Below are positions 12,655 to 24,669 of a stretch of DNA of 64,000 nt, in pieces. This DNA comes from Octopus sinensis (taxonomy: Eukaryota), in the NCBI RefSeq assembly GCF_006345805.1, contig NC_042997.1, positions 59,086,001 to 59,150,000 of the forward strand, read 5' to 3'. Both the position numbers and the translations under genes were made by a program. The notes below the pieces were generated by a model, which saw only the letters and a list, made by a program, of their open reading frames with translations, searched no databases and had not been told where the DNA came from. Position 1 is the first letter of the stretch, and every line of letters begins with the position of its first letter.

Positions 12655-14177
12655 CTCTACACAGTTACTCAATTTGCTAGAAAGAACAGTCAAATTTCCC
12701 CTCAAATCACACCCTGCTATCTCAAAAATGTATGGACACAGTGGGCAATATAGCCTCTGATAGACAATAAGATGGGATGGTCACAATATGAATGTTTTTG
12801 ACCACAGGTCAGCTCATTCAGAATTAACCTGAGGTTAAACAACAACTTCTTCCAATTAAAAGATGCTTTCCACAATAATTAGGACATGAAGTTATCACAC
12901 ATTTTCCTAGGATTTGTGTTTTGGAATGCCAGCTGACAAAAGCAATTGTTTATAATACAATGTTCCTACCGTTAGCAAGTATGAAATTACCTTGTCATGT
13001 TGAGAATTCTAAATATTTATCACAAACATACTACAGTACTGGACAGCACCAGAAAAAGGTCATGAAATGTCAACCCTTCCATTAGTAAGCCAACATCCTG
13101 CTAATTCAGTCATCCAGAACATTTATTCACTTTGATTTCACTAACTTCAGTCATGATGGCATTGTTTCACTATGTTTATAAAGTATTTTATTTTTTGTTT
13201 ATCTTTTATCTTACTTGTTTCAGTCATTAGACTGCGGCCATGCTGGGGCACTGCCTTGAAGTTTTGTTTGAATGAATCAACCCAAGTTCTTATTTTTTAA
13301 AACCTGGTTCTGATTCTATTGGTTTCTTTTGCCAAATTGCTAAATTACAGGGATGCAAACACACCAACACCGGTTGTCAAGCAGTAGGTGGGGGGATAAA
13401 CACAAACACAAAGACACACATAGATATATAAACATATATATATATTCAACAGGCCAAATCCATAGTAGAAGACACTGCCCAAGGTGTCACGCAATGGGAC
13501 TGAACCTGGAGCCATGTCGTTGGGAAGCAAGCTTCTTACCACATAACCACGTCTGTTTATTTATCTCATTTCCTATATAGATAATACAGTCTGATAATGT
13601 TATTCATTCATCTTTAATGCTTTACTTGTTTCAGTCATTGGATTGTGGCCATACTAAGACACTGTATTGAAAGGCTTTTAGTTGAATTAATCACATCTCA
13701 CCCACCAGTACTTATTTTTTGCTGCCTTATTATATTTCTTTAAACCTGGTACCTATTTTATCAGTCTCTTTTGCTGAACTTCTAAGTTATGGGGGATATA
13801 AAAAAAAAAACAAACACAAGCTGTAAAGTGATGGAGGGGGATAAAATACAAACACACGCAGATATATACATATATACGTAGAAGATGATTATTCTTTAAC
13901 AAGAATAGTACTGAAAGTGACTTCTTGTTAAAGAATAATAAATTTGTACTCTACCAAATGTACTGAGTAGTCCATCAGCTTACATATATACATACATATA
14001 TAAATATAAATGCATGTGTAACAAAATGTAAGGTCTGGAACACTTGAGGGGTGCAGTCTCATCCCGTTACATTAAATTACCTGTCGAGGGAAACCCAGAC
14101 TTCAAATATCTTCAACAGCATAAATAATATTTATTTTCTGGATTCACAATAATATATATATATACATATACTTCCTT

Positions 14178-14445
14178 ACTGGCACCTGCGCTGGTGGCAT
14201 GTGTAAAAGATTCGAGCGAGGTTATTGCCAGTGCCGCCTGACTGGCCCCGTGTGGGTGGCACGTAAAAGCACCCACTACACTCTCGGAGTGGTTGGCATT
14301 AGGAAGGGCATCCAGCTGTAGAAACTCTACCAGATCAAGATTTGAAGCCTGGTGCAGCCATCTGGTTCGCCAGCCCTCAGTCACATGTCCAACCCATGCT
14401 AGCATGGAAAGCGGACGTTAAACGATGATGATGATGATGATGATT
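14178..14445 (+). mobile_element. Short non-autonomous RTE-related retroposon
   Basis: GTGGCAC repeats, AGGAAGGGCATCCAGCTGTAGAAAC core, and CCATGCTAGCATGGAAAGCGGACGTTAAACGATGATG tail. Confidence 0.8.
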
Positions 14446-14934
14446 TCTTATGTAGAAACTTTGATGATGTTTATAAATTGAGTTTTTCTTTTCATTCACC
14501 CAACAATTTTCAATATTTTTTTAATCATGCGTAAATTATAAATTTAGAAAAACATAAAAATAACTATTGCCTTCCTAGCTTTATTAATCAAACTTATGTG
14601 TAACAAACTTATTTTTCAAGATACTCAACTAGTATGATTTTCAAAAGAAAATGAAACAAGAAGAGGAGGTGAAAAAAGAAAAATATAAGAATACAGGAAG
14701 AAGAAGAATTTAAAATAAATACCATAGATTAAATATGAGCTCATGATGGCCTATCCTCTCAGCCATTAAAATAGGTCAGCAAAAAAAAGACAATCATGGA
14801 AACTTACATGGAAGGTAGTAATTAGGGCATAAAACTGCAAGATTCTCTGTTGTTTTGGTTAAAAACTGCACAGCTGAGAGGAAGTATTTAGTTCAAGACA
14901 GTGACAAGCATATCAGAAATTTAGGAGAACTAAC

Positions 14935-15186
14935 TGCAAAAGGCTGCATAAGCGTCTGAGTAGTGTTGACACTCATAAAATAGTTTTGGAAGACAGTTGA
15001 GTAAGTTTCGTAAGACAGTGGAGTAAATGTCATAAAATAGTTGAGTGTGAGTATCACAAGTTGTTTGGATATAATTATCCCAAAAGATCTGGGTAAGCGT
15101 TCCAAAAGGCTGAGTGTCATATGAGGCCTGGATAAGTGTTCCTAGATGACTGACTGCTAGGAAAGCGTCATGAGATATTTGAATAG
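14935..15186 (-). CDS. Internal coding exon, 252 nt (phase 1 to 1), IQISHDAFLAVSHLGTLIQASYDTQPFGTLTQIFWDNYIQTTCDTHTQLFYDIYSTVLRNLLNCLPKLFYECQHYSDAYAAFC; helical globular domain
   Basis: Acceptor AACTTCCTGTCACAG| and donor GCA|GTTAGT bracket an exactly 84-codon open frame of protein-like composition. The ORF track missed it because it lacks a start codon. Confidence 0.75.
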
Positions 15187-15491
15187 CTGTGACAGGAAGT
15201 TAAGTTAACTATGACAAAAAGTTGAGAAATTGTCAAAAACAGTGATTTAAGTATTTGGATGCTATAAGTGTAAATCAGATATGTTGCCCATGGATACCAC
15301 CAGGCTACAAAGGTAGGCTAGGGCTAACAAGGTTAATTTGAAATATGAAATTTTTTAAGTTAATGTTTGTAGCTGACAAGACTCTTGAGAGACATAATTC
15401 TATGGAGATTTTAAAGCGAGAGATAGTATAAGGTTCAGAAAATGAGATGCGTTGTAAGTGTTAACATAAAAAACAGTTAAGTAGAAATTAC

Positions 15492-15540
15492 CTACATGAA
15501 AAAAGCAATGTGCAAAATCAGAAGAGGTGTGAAAGATTAG
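15492..15540 (-). CDS. Candidate internal exon (phase 0 to 1), LIFHTSSDFAHCFFHV
   Basis: Acceptor CTATCTCCTGCTCCTAG|, donor TAG|GTAATT. The single open frame links the 24.6-kb candidate to the 15.2-kb exon in phase. Confidence 0.4.
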
Positions 15541-18500
15541 CTAGGAGCAGGAGATAGACTGATGACCAAACATTGAGTTGAGCACTCAACTATAAGGTGA
15601 AAGCTATAAACAGGCAAAATGTACTGGACTATAATCACGTGGTCACATGTTCAAATCTTAATACTACAGCCTCTGAGCAAAACACATAACTCTGCTTGCT
15701 CCATTTTGTCTAACTGATATAAAACAGCCTCTCAACTTACTAGTTTAGTTGTGAGTAATTAAAATGGCATCAAAAAATTTAACTAAGGTAAATAACTCAA
15801 ATAGACATATGGCATGGACTGAGATAAAACACGTGGATGTACTGAATTACACATATCAAAACACATGTAATGAATTAAAATTTCCCTCTTAGAGAAGAAA
15901 AACTAAATCCTATTGGCATTCATATAGAAACATGTTTATAAATAAGTTTTGACAAACAGTAATTTGCATAATCAAAAATGAAACTGAGCTAAGGGTAAAA
16001 CTCAAAAAAGACAATAGCAAATTCATCCAAGGTCAACTTCGCCTTTCATCCTTGAAAGATCAATAAAATAAATATCAGTTGAGCACTGGGGTTGATGTGA
16101 CTGACTTAATCCTCCCTCAAACTTGCTGGCTTTGTGCCAAAATTTGAAACCAAAATTTATATAAGCATCTACCAAATTCATACTGCAACAGTATATATGT
16201 GTATATGTATATATATATATCTCAACTAAGGTTATCAATTTAATATAAAGAGTAAAGAGCCTGCTTTAATTTCTATGTATTGTTATCAAGTTACAATAGT
16301 TGTATATGAGAACCCAAACACAACTGAAGTAACTTTCATTTCATTTGAGGTCAATAATTAGTACTGGGAATGTACTGAGGCAGAGTCAATTAACCTATAT
16401 ACCACTCCTTCAGATCTTATTATCTAATACCAAAATAATTTTTAAAAAAGTTTTTTTGTATTTTCATTTGTACACAATCCAGTTTTTGTGCACAACAAAT
16501 ATTTTACATCTTAACACATAAACTAATATCTATTATTTCATTCCAACTGAATATGATATAAAACTCTGATGAACTCTTACTTTATATGAGCAACAAACTC
16601 GTACCTAAAACACCTTCAAAAGATGTTTTTATTGTTATTAATTTACACAAGTTGTATATTAAAATCCAAACACTAAGGTCACCTTTGATTTCATCTACAG
16701 TCAATAAATAATACTGGTAATATACTGAAGTCATTTATACACCTTTTTTTCATACTTTAAGTCCAGTCAACAAAAAGAAATTGCTAATTCAATAAAATGC
16801 TGATCAAAGGTATAAGGGAACTCTTGGAATAAAATAAATTTCTGAGGATTGAATAGAAAGAGATTATAAAAAAATGGGAGAGAGAAAAATAGTACATTGG
16901 CATGTTCAGAACAAACCTGCTTCGTAAAAGAAAAATTCAGGAAATGCAAAGGGTATTGGATTTTTTTACTTTGCATTGTTTTTATTGTATTTTCAAAAAG
17001 AACTGATATTCATCTGGCAGTTCTACATAAAACAGTAAAGATTGTCTCCCTGCACATCACACACACGTTTATATATAAAATGATTTGTAGTTGCAGTAAC
17101 TTATTTTGTTTATATTAATGACTATTATATATAGTACTGGACCTTTATCAGGCTTCAGCAATTGGCATAGTTTACAAAATACAGTACTTTGTAATGAGTA
17201 AAGAGACCCTGTTTTTGAAGTTGGTTAATTTATTCCTTCATTTTTTTTATTCTTTTACTCATTTCAGTCATTTGACTGTGGCCATGCTGGAGCACCACCT
17301 TATAGGGTGTTAATAGAAGAAATTGACCCCAGGACTTATTCTTTGTAAGCCTAGCACTTATTCTATTTGTCTCTTTCATCGAACTGCTAAATTATGAGAA
17401 CATAAACACACCAGCATCAGTTGTCAAGCGACGGCAGGGGACAAAACACACACACATATATATATATATATAACAGGCTTCTTCCAGTTTCCGTCTACCA
17501 AATCCACTCACAAGGCTTTGGTCGGCCCAAAGCTATAGTAGAAGACACTTGCCCAAGGTGCCATGCTATGGAACTGAACTCGGAACTATGTGGCTGGAAA
17601 GTAAGCTTCTTAGCACACAGCTACATCTGTGCCTATATTTGCATACAGTTTACTCTTGAAGAATTTTCTAAGATTAAATATACACTGCTTTAAAAGTGTA
17701 TAATCTTGTAGATGTATCTGTTAAATAGAATCATGTTCCTCACATTTCTTCATTTAATTTTCATCCTATAAACCTTATACTGTTTACATAGTACAGTATG
17801 ATATTTTAAGTGGATTAATAAATATACCCTGCTTTAGAAGTGTATTAATTTGAATCTATTAAAAACAATTTAAGTCTACTTTTCATAGCTTATTTTATAT
17901 TTTAAGTATATATTTAGACTGTCACCAGAAAACTGGAAATCCAGAAATCTGGGACACTTCCAGTCCCAAGTAGGTGGATAATTGTTCTGGTATTGTATTA
18001 ATTTTGAATTAGATATGAAAACTATAGTGTCTTTTAATATTTATGACTTTGTTGCTTGTACAAAGTATGAATTTTATATAAATAGTCAATTAGAACAAAA
18101 TAAAGATTTTGATACAAGACCAGAAATTTCAGAGAAGTGGGTAAGTTGATTACATTGACCCCAGTGCTTAACTTATACTTATTTTATTGACCCCAAAAGG
18201 ATGAAAACCAAAACTGACCTTGGTGGAATTTGAACTCAGAACATAAAGACATGGTTTTGTGGTAAGAAGCTTGCTTCCCAACCACATGGTTACGGATTCA
18301 GTTCCACTGTGTGACACCTTGGGCAAGTGTCTTCTACTATAGCTTCAGGCAGGCCAAAGCCTTGTGAGTGGATCTGGTAGAAAGAAACTGAAAGAAGCCC
18401 ATTGTGTGTGTATATATATATATATATATATACACTCACTCACACACCTGTATGTACGCGCACACACATGCACATACACACACTTCCCCACACCCACACG

Positions 18501-19392
18501 TACATACATACACACTCACACACATACACACACACACACGGACATACATCTATGCACACACATACATACACACATACTCACATACATTCATCGGACACAC
18601 TGCCACCCGGACATACACACAGACACACTCACACATCCACACACATACATACTTACGCACATACTCGCAGGCGCGCGCACGCACGCGCTTGCGCCGGTTC
18701 GCGCACGCATACGCGACGCAGGCACCTCGCTCTTGGACCCGACAAGACCTCCCGCCCGTTCCTGGGACCGTCGCGTTTCGTTGGGTTTTCCCACACCCGT
18801 CTCCGCGGGACCACTCTTCCATCTTCCCCTCAGCTGGAGTCCTTTTTCCTTAACCCCCCCCCTTTTCGTTACACACACGCGCACACATATACACACATTG
18901 CTTAAATATATACATTACTCTTACACACATTCAATCTACTCGCCATTAATACCACCACGACACTGGACACACACACACACTACTACTCAACACACGCTGG
19001 CACGCTACATACGCCCCCACCCCTTCCTCCCTTCCTCCTTCCTTCTTTTTCTTACTACTGACTTTGTCTGCTAAGCTGACCACTAGTCTCGCCCTACCTC
19101 ACACGCCTACACACAGACGCACACACTAACACACACATATATATTTTTGTGTTTTTTCATCTCGCCTCACACACACACATACACACACGCACACGCACAC
19201 ACTCACACATACACACACATCTGTTGCGTTACCAACCTTATCTCCACTCTTTTGCCTTTAAAAACCCACTTTGCTCTGTTTTCGTAAACATCCGTCTTTC
19301 ACCATGTGCAACTCGTAAACACCAGTCGTCTTTTTTCTCCTTCCCTGTTGCCCGCTCTGGGATCTTTCTTTCCTCTCTCTTCCTTCTTTATG

Positions 19393-19426
19393 TTTCCGAC
19401 GAAGAGCTCCGCTCGAAACGTCATAC
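19393..19426 (+). ncRNA. Degenerate minimal type I hammerhead ribozyme motif in a Penelope-like terminal repeat
   Basis: CCGACGA-A-GAGC(TCC)GCTC-GAAA-CG-TC. Helix II and a palindromic helix III (ACGT) are intact; core U4 is changed to C and helix I is weak. Confidence 0.55.
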
Positions 19427-19520
19427 CTCCCTGCTTCCATTTCCTGAGCGCCTATTAATAATAATACTGTAATTGTTCCATTGTTGTTGTTTTTTTGTTT
19501 CCCGTTTGGATTAAAATTAT

Positions 19521-19551
<31 letters not shown>

Positions 19552-20399
19552 TTATGTGTGTGTGTGTGTGTGCATATATTTGTGTGTGTGTCTGTGTTTG
19601 TCCCCCCCACCACCATTGCTTGACAACCGATGTTGGTGTGCTTGTGTAACTTAGAATAAGTACTAAGCTTACAAACAATAAGTCATGGAGTCAATTTGTT
19701 CGACTAAAGACAGTGCTCCAGCATGGCTGCAGTCAAATGGCTGAAACAAATAAAAGAATAAAAAGAATAAGTATTTTGTCCGGTATGCCAACAATTCTGC
19801 CAGTTCACCACCTTAGTTAAAGCAAAATAGTAATAATATTTATGTGTTAAAGCGTAAAATATTTTTTATACACAAAAACTGGATTGTGTGTAAATAAAAA
19901 AACTGTAACAAGTTTTTTTTTAATTATTTTAATATCTGAATGTGAAGTATATAAGATGTTAGCATATATAATTAAGTTTTTATGGGGGATGGGAAAATGG
20001 TCAGCTTATAAGGAAAACCCACACTTCTTGATGAACGCCAAATTCCACCCAGTGTTATCTGAAATATGTATTGCATATTGCAGATATACCAGTAGTTCTC
20101 AACTAGGGTCATTATGACCCTTGGAGGTCCATATAAGATTTTGCTGTTAAAATCTATTTGCAACAAACTGGTTATATTTCTACAATACACAAAATAATTA
20201 AACAAGGTTTTTTTATACAATTCCTAATGATATTTAATTATAAAAATCTAATAGGATTTTCTTAAACATTGAATGGCTAGAAGGGTTAATCCAAGTAAAA
20301 TAAGAATCAAAGGGGTACATAGGTAAAATTTAATTAAGAAACACTAGACAGATTTTATGGTGAAAGTGTTTAGGTTCTTAGGGTTTTTGTATATTGACT

Positions 20400-20640
20400 G
20401 AATGTTCTGGTCATGAGTCCAGTAATTGCACAGATTGTAATGACTAAAACCAAAATAGTCTTGGTGTGGCACTGTAGTTATAGTGTTAGCTCTAAAGTCA
20501 TGCTGGAATATGTTACTAAGTATGTGGTCTATGGATGTGTATTTTTCTTGAGTATTTTAGTTATTGGTAATAAAAGTGCAATGATCATGGTTTGTCCTTA
20601 TTTTAAGACTGAAATTATACTGAAGAATTTTCACATGTGT
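20400..20640 (-). mobile_element. Decayed LINE endonuclease fragment
   Basis: The minus frame gives KYTSIDHILSNIFQHDFRANTITTVPHQDY, similar to the APE TCIDHI.TN...I..DISDH motif. Confidence 0.4.
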
Positions 20641-21123
20641 AGTATGCAGTTGTTTAGACCCAGGTTAGCCTTCATTATGCAGACCTATAATCAGATGTGT
20701 TCTAACTGTATCACCTTCCCATTTTCCTTTTCTTTTTTCTTTTTTTTTACATAGAACTGCATAATCTAATAATAATTTTACCTAGAAGTACATAATCTAA
20801 TATGTCCTTGCTTTTCAAAGATGGTGAAGTATTATTTGAGGGGAATTTTTCAAGTATTTCTAATAGGCATAGGCATGCATATGTGGTTAAGAAGCCTGCT
20901 TCCCAACTATGTGGTCTTGGTGTCTTCCACAATAGTCCAGGGCCAACCAAAGCCTTGTGAGTGAATTTGGTAGAGAGAAACTGAAAGAAGCTCATCATAT
21001 ATTATATATATATTTGTGATTGAATTCGGCAGGTGGAAGTTACTGCCGTGTGTGTATATGTGCGTGTAGGTGCTTGTGCTTCTCCGAAAGAGAAAGAGAG
21101 GGATATATATATATACATACAAA

Positions 21124-22399
21124 CATGGTGTGATGGGTAAATTGTTGCCATTTTATATTTTTAACTTCACGCATACACATTGTTTGTTTTTGATTTTGTC
21201 AATTACACAGTATAGTAGGGTCAGCTGGGCACTGTCTGTGAGAAAAACAGCACCATGACGCAATTCACTCTGCCAGAAATTTGGAAACAACATGCTGCAC
21301 TGCTTGGCAGTTGTGCTGGAAGTTCCAATACGAACATTTCAGGGTGTCTGGGTGTCAATCTGAGGACATGTACTGAGAGTGATAAAAGCAAACATCCAGT
21401 CAACATTATAGAGTTTGGAGTGATCCCTAGTGATGACGACATTATGCCTCCATTCATTTTCCCACACAGCCTCATACTCAACACGGAAGCCTACATCAAG
21501 TACCTTGTGGAGGTAGTGCTGCCCTGAATCAAGAGAGTGGCTGCTGAAAGACTCCATCTCTGGCAACAAGACTGGGTTCTCCTGCTTGTGTGACATGGTG
21601 CACTACCTCCTCAAGGCCCTTGATGTAGACTTCTGTGTTGAGTCTGAGGCTGCATGGGAAGACGAATGGAGGCATAACATCGCCATCACTAATGATCACT
21701 CCAAAACCCATGATGTTGACTAGATGTTTGATTTTTATCACTCTCAGAATATGTTTTGGAGACACTGCAAGCCAATGGTTGTTCTGTGTGTTCACCATCT
21801 GATCCTGGTAGAAATTTTTCTCGTCTGAGAAAAACCAAAGCATGTTCAGTTGGAAGGGATGCTTGAGTTTGTTCAAAAGTTTCATAGCACAGTCTTTCCT
21901 CTTGTCCTTGATGGCTTGGGATAAAAAAATTGACGCTTTCTCATCGTGTATGAAGAATACCAAATGTCTTCATGAACTACCTGCCTGATAAGAAACTCAG
22001 ACACTCCCATGTCCCTGAAGATGGACCTGATTGACTTGGAGGGATCATTGTCAATCACGGCCTAGAACTCACCAACAAATTCAGGAGTTCTTTTCTCATC
22101 AGAACAATCAGAGTGAGGTTTCTGAGCTGCTATACCTTTGTAATTACCATTAGACTCATCCAACTCTTTCCTAATCCCCTGCACTGTCCTCAGATTGACA
22201 CCCAAATCCTCTGAAATGCTTGTATTGGAGCTTCCAGAGTGAATGCCAAGCAGTACAGCATGTCGTTTCCAAATTTCTGGCAGAGTGAAATGCATCATGG
22301 TGCTGTTTTTCTCACAGACAGTATTCAACTGACCCTACTATACTGTATAGTCGACAAAATCAAAATCAAACAATGCAACAATTTACCCATCACACACTG
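21124..22399. mobile_element. Palindromic derivative of a Tc1/mariner (maT/DD37D-like) transposon: two 5' halves joined tail-to-tail
   Basis: Both outer ends carry GTGTGATGGGTAAATTGTTGC in inverted orientation. The minus arm encodes an HTH (MMHFTLPEIWKRHAV..LGVNLRTVQGIRKEL) and FFSDEKNF..KHLVNIMGFGVI..LNTEVYIKGLEEVV. The plus arm encodes the same N-terminus and KHPVNII.FGVI..EVVLP*IKRVAAE..WQQD. Confidence 0.8.
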
Positions 22400-23242
22400 T
22401 ATATACGTGTGTGTGTATGTGTGCGTGTGTGTCTGTACTAGACTACCCGTGACCTGTTGGGTCACCCGGTAAGTTTGAGTTTCCCAGCAACGGAGTTTTA
22501 TTTCGTGGGTTTTTTTTCTTTTGTAAGTTATTTTGCAGGCTTTCAATGAATATGACATCAAAATCACACATAAGCAGCTCTTTTCCCCCAGAAAAGGAAA
22601 GATTTGGCTGCTATTTCTTGCATGCCCTGCTGTCACATAATAGGTATTTCGGGTCCTTTATCACAAATAGCAGTTATGTGGTATCAAGGTGTGCTAGAAA
22701 TAGCAACCAAATTTTTGAAAGTGAGATACGTTGAATGCACTTGAAAAAAATTATTTCCCATTGAGGTTACGAATGGGTCTTTTAAGAAATATTTATACCA
22801 AAAAGACTTTTTGTGATGGTATTCACTTGAAAATAATTTTAAAAACTATTAAAATAGTGTCTGTTTAAAGAAAGCTAAAATATAAATACTTATTGTACAA
22901 ACAATTTACAGTTTTGAAATCACATTCACTTAAAAATATTTCTAAATGATTAAAATATTGTGTTTAACAAAAGTAAAAATATAAACATTTTTCATTATCA
23001 AATTACTGTATAACTGTAAGATATGTTACTTCCCTTTCAGAATCAAGTTAATTTCAGAGACTTTTTCCATTATGCCCCATTTGGGGTATCTTCACAACTA
23101 CTTATCCAATTTATGTGAAATTTGTTTCATTCTACTCATATTTACATTTCAAGGGAAACTTAATTTGTAGTATTTTCCCATTACACGGCAGTTTGCCTGA
23201 GTAACATTGCAAGCAAGCAAGATTCAATCTGACTTTTAATGT

Positions 23243-23275
<33 letters not shown>

Positions 23276-23424
23276 TAATAGCTAAAAAATCATATGGTAT
23301 ATACCTGGTATTTTGCCAGTAAAGCACATTCACTGGCTCAGTGTTCATTGAGTATTTGATTAATGCAAGATGGTTTGAAACAACTGTAGTGATCAATAAA
23401 GATTCTCGTATCTTCCATCTCTCT

Positions 23425-24032
23425 CATCATCATCATCATCATCATTTAACGTCCGCTCTCCATGCTAGCATGGGTTGGACGGTTCAACTGGGGTCTGGGG
23501 AGCCCGAAAGCTGCACCAGTCCAGTCAGATCTGGCAGTGTTTCTACAGCTGGATGCCCTTCCTAACGCCAACCACTCCGAGAGTGTAGTGGGTGATTTTA
23601 TGTGCCACCGACACAGGTGCCAGACGAGGCTGACAAACGGCCACGCTCGGATGGTGTTTTTTATGTGCCACCGACACAGGTGCCAGACGAGGCTGGCAGA
23701 CGGCCACGCTCGGATGGTTTTTTTATGTGCCACCGACACAGGTGCCAGACGAGGCTGGCAGACGGCCACGCTCGGATGGTGTTTTTATGTGCCACCGACA
23801 CAGGTGCCAGACGAGGCTGGCAGACGGCACGCTCAGATGGTGTTTTTATGTGCCACCGACACAGGTGCCAGATGAGGCTGGCAAACGGCCACGATCGGAT
23901 GGTGCTTGTTACGTGCCCACAGCACGGAGGCCAGTCGATGCGGTACTGGCTACGGCCACGTTCGGATGGTTTTCTTATGTGCCACGTGCCACCGGCACTG
24001 GTACCACAAAGATACAAATTCCATTGATGTTC
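23425..24032 (-). mobile_element. RTE-related short retroposon with internal ~62-bp VNTR (5 near-identical + 2 diverged units)
   Basis: ATGTGCCACCGACACAGGTGCCAGACGAGGCTGG units start at 23600, 23663, 23725, 23787 and 23848. (CAT)n tail on the left. Confidence 0.85.
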
Positions 24033-24283
24033 AAGCAAATATATATATATTAGGAAGTTAAATATTATGGCTAGTCATAGAATGATTATTGGCTTCACAC
24101 AAATAAAGCGTGCACCTTCAGCCATTTGAGTTTAACAAGTTGCTTATACTGCTAAGCACCTTATAGGTGTGAAACCAATGGTCACTCTATGACCAGTCAT
24201 AACATTTAACTTTCTAAATACATTACTTCTTTAATGTTTTAGAGTGTGCTTCTTTTTTGGATATATGAACTATTGACGATATA

Positions 24284-24330
<47 letters not shown>

Positions 24331-24599
24331 ATATATATATACATGTGTCTGTATGTGTGTTTGTGTACCTTTCTGTGTTGTTCCCCGCCACTGCTTGAAA
24401 ACTGGTGTTGGTTTATGTCCCCAAAACCTAGCAGTTCAGCAAAAAAATCAATAAAATAAATACCAGACTTAAAAAAGATTAGTACTGAGATCAATTTGTT
24501 TGGTTAAACCCTTCAGGGTGGTGCCCCAAGATGACTGCTGCTCAATGACTGAAACAAATAAAAGATATCAAGCAATTGTGAAGAAGCTCCTTTATTTAC

Positions 24600-24669
24600 C
24601 TGCATGTAGCATGTTTTATATTTATGTGAGATATGCAATAGATATGAGGAGGCTAAGGTTTTTAAAATG
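24600..24669 (-). CDS. Candidate internal exon (phase 2 to 0), ILKTLASSYLLHISHKYKTCYMQ
   Basis: Acceptor ATAATTTCAG|, donor CAG|GTAAAT. Only one frame is open, and its phase matches exon 1. Confidence 0.35.

Noticed and set aside
18364-19074. 236-aa ORF, the longest plus-strand ORF
   Set aside because: Translation of CA microsatellite (His/Thr/Tyr repeats) plus a probably artefactual GC patch.
23312-23390. Minus exon candidate VSNHLALIKYSMNTEPVNVLYWQNT
   Set aside because: Splice signals are acceptable, but phase 1 to 2 does not fit the most coherent exon chain.
23595-23960. CRISPR-like regular repeats
   Set aside because: The units are contiguous tandem copies with no unique spacers, lie inside a retroposon, and have no cas genes; the context is eukaryotic.
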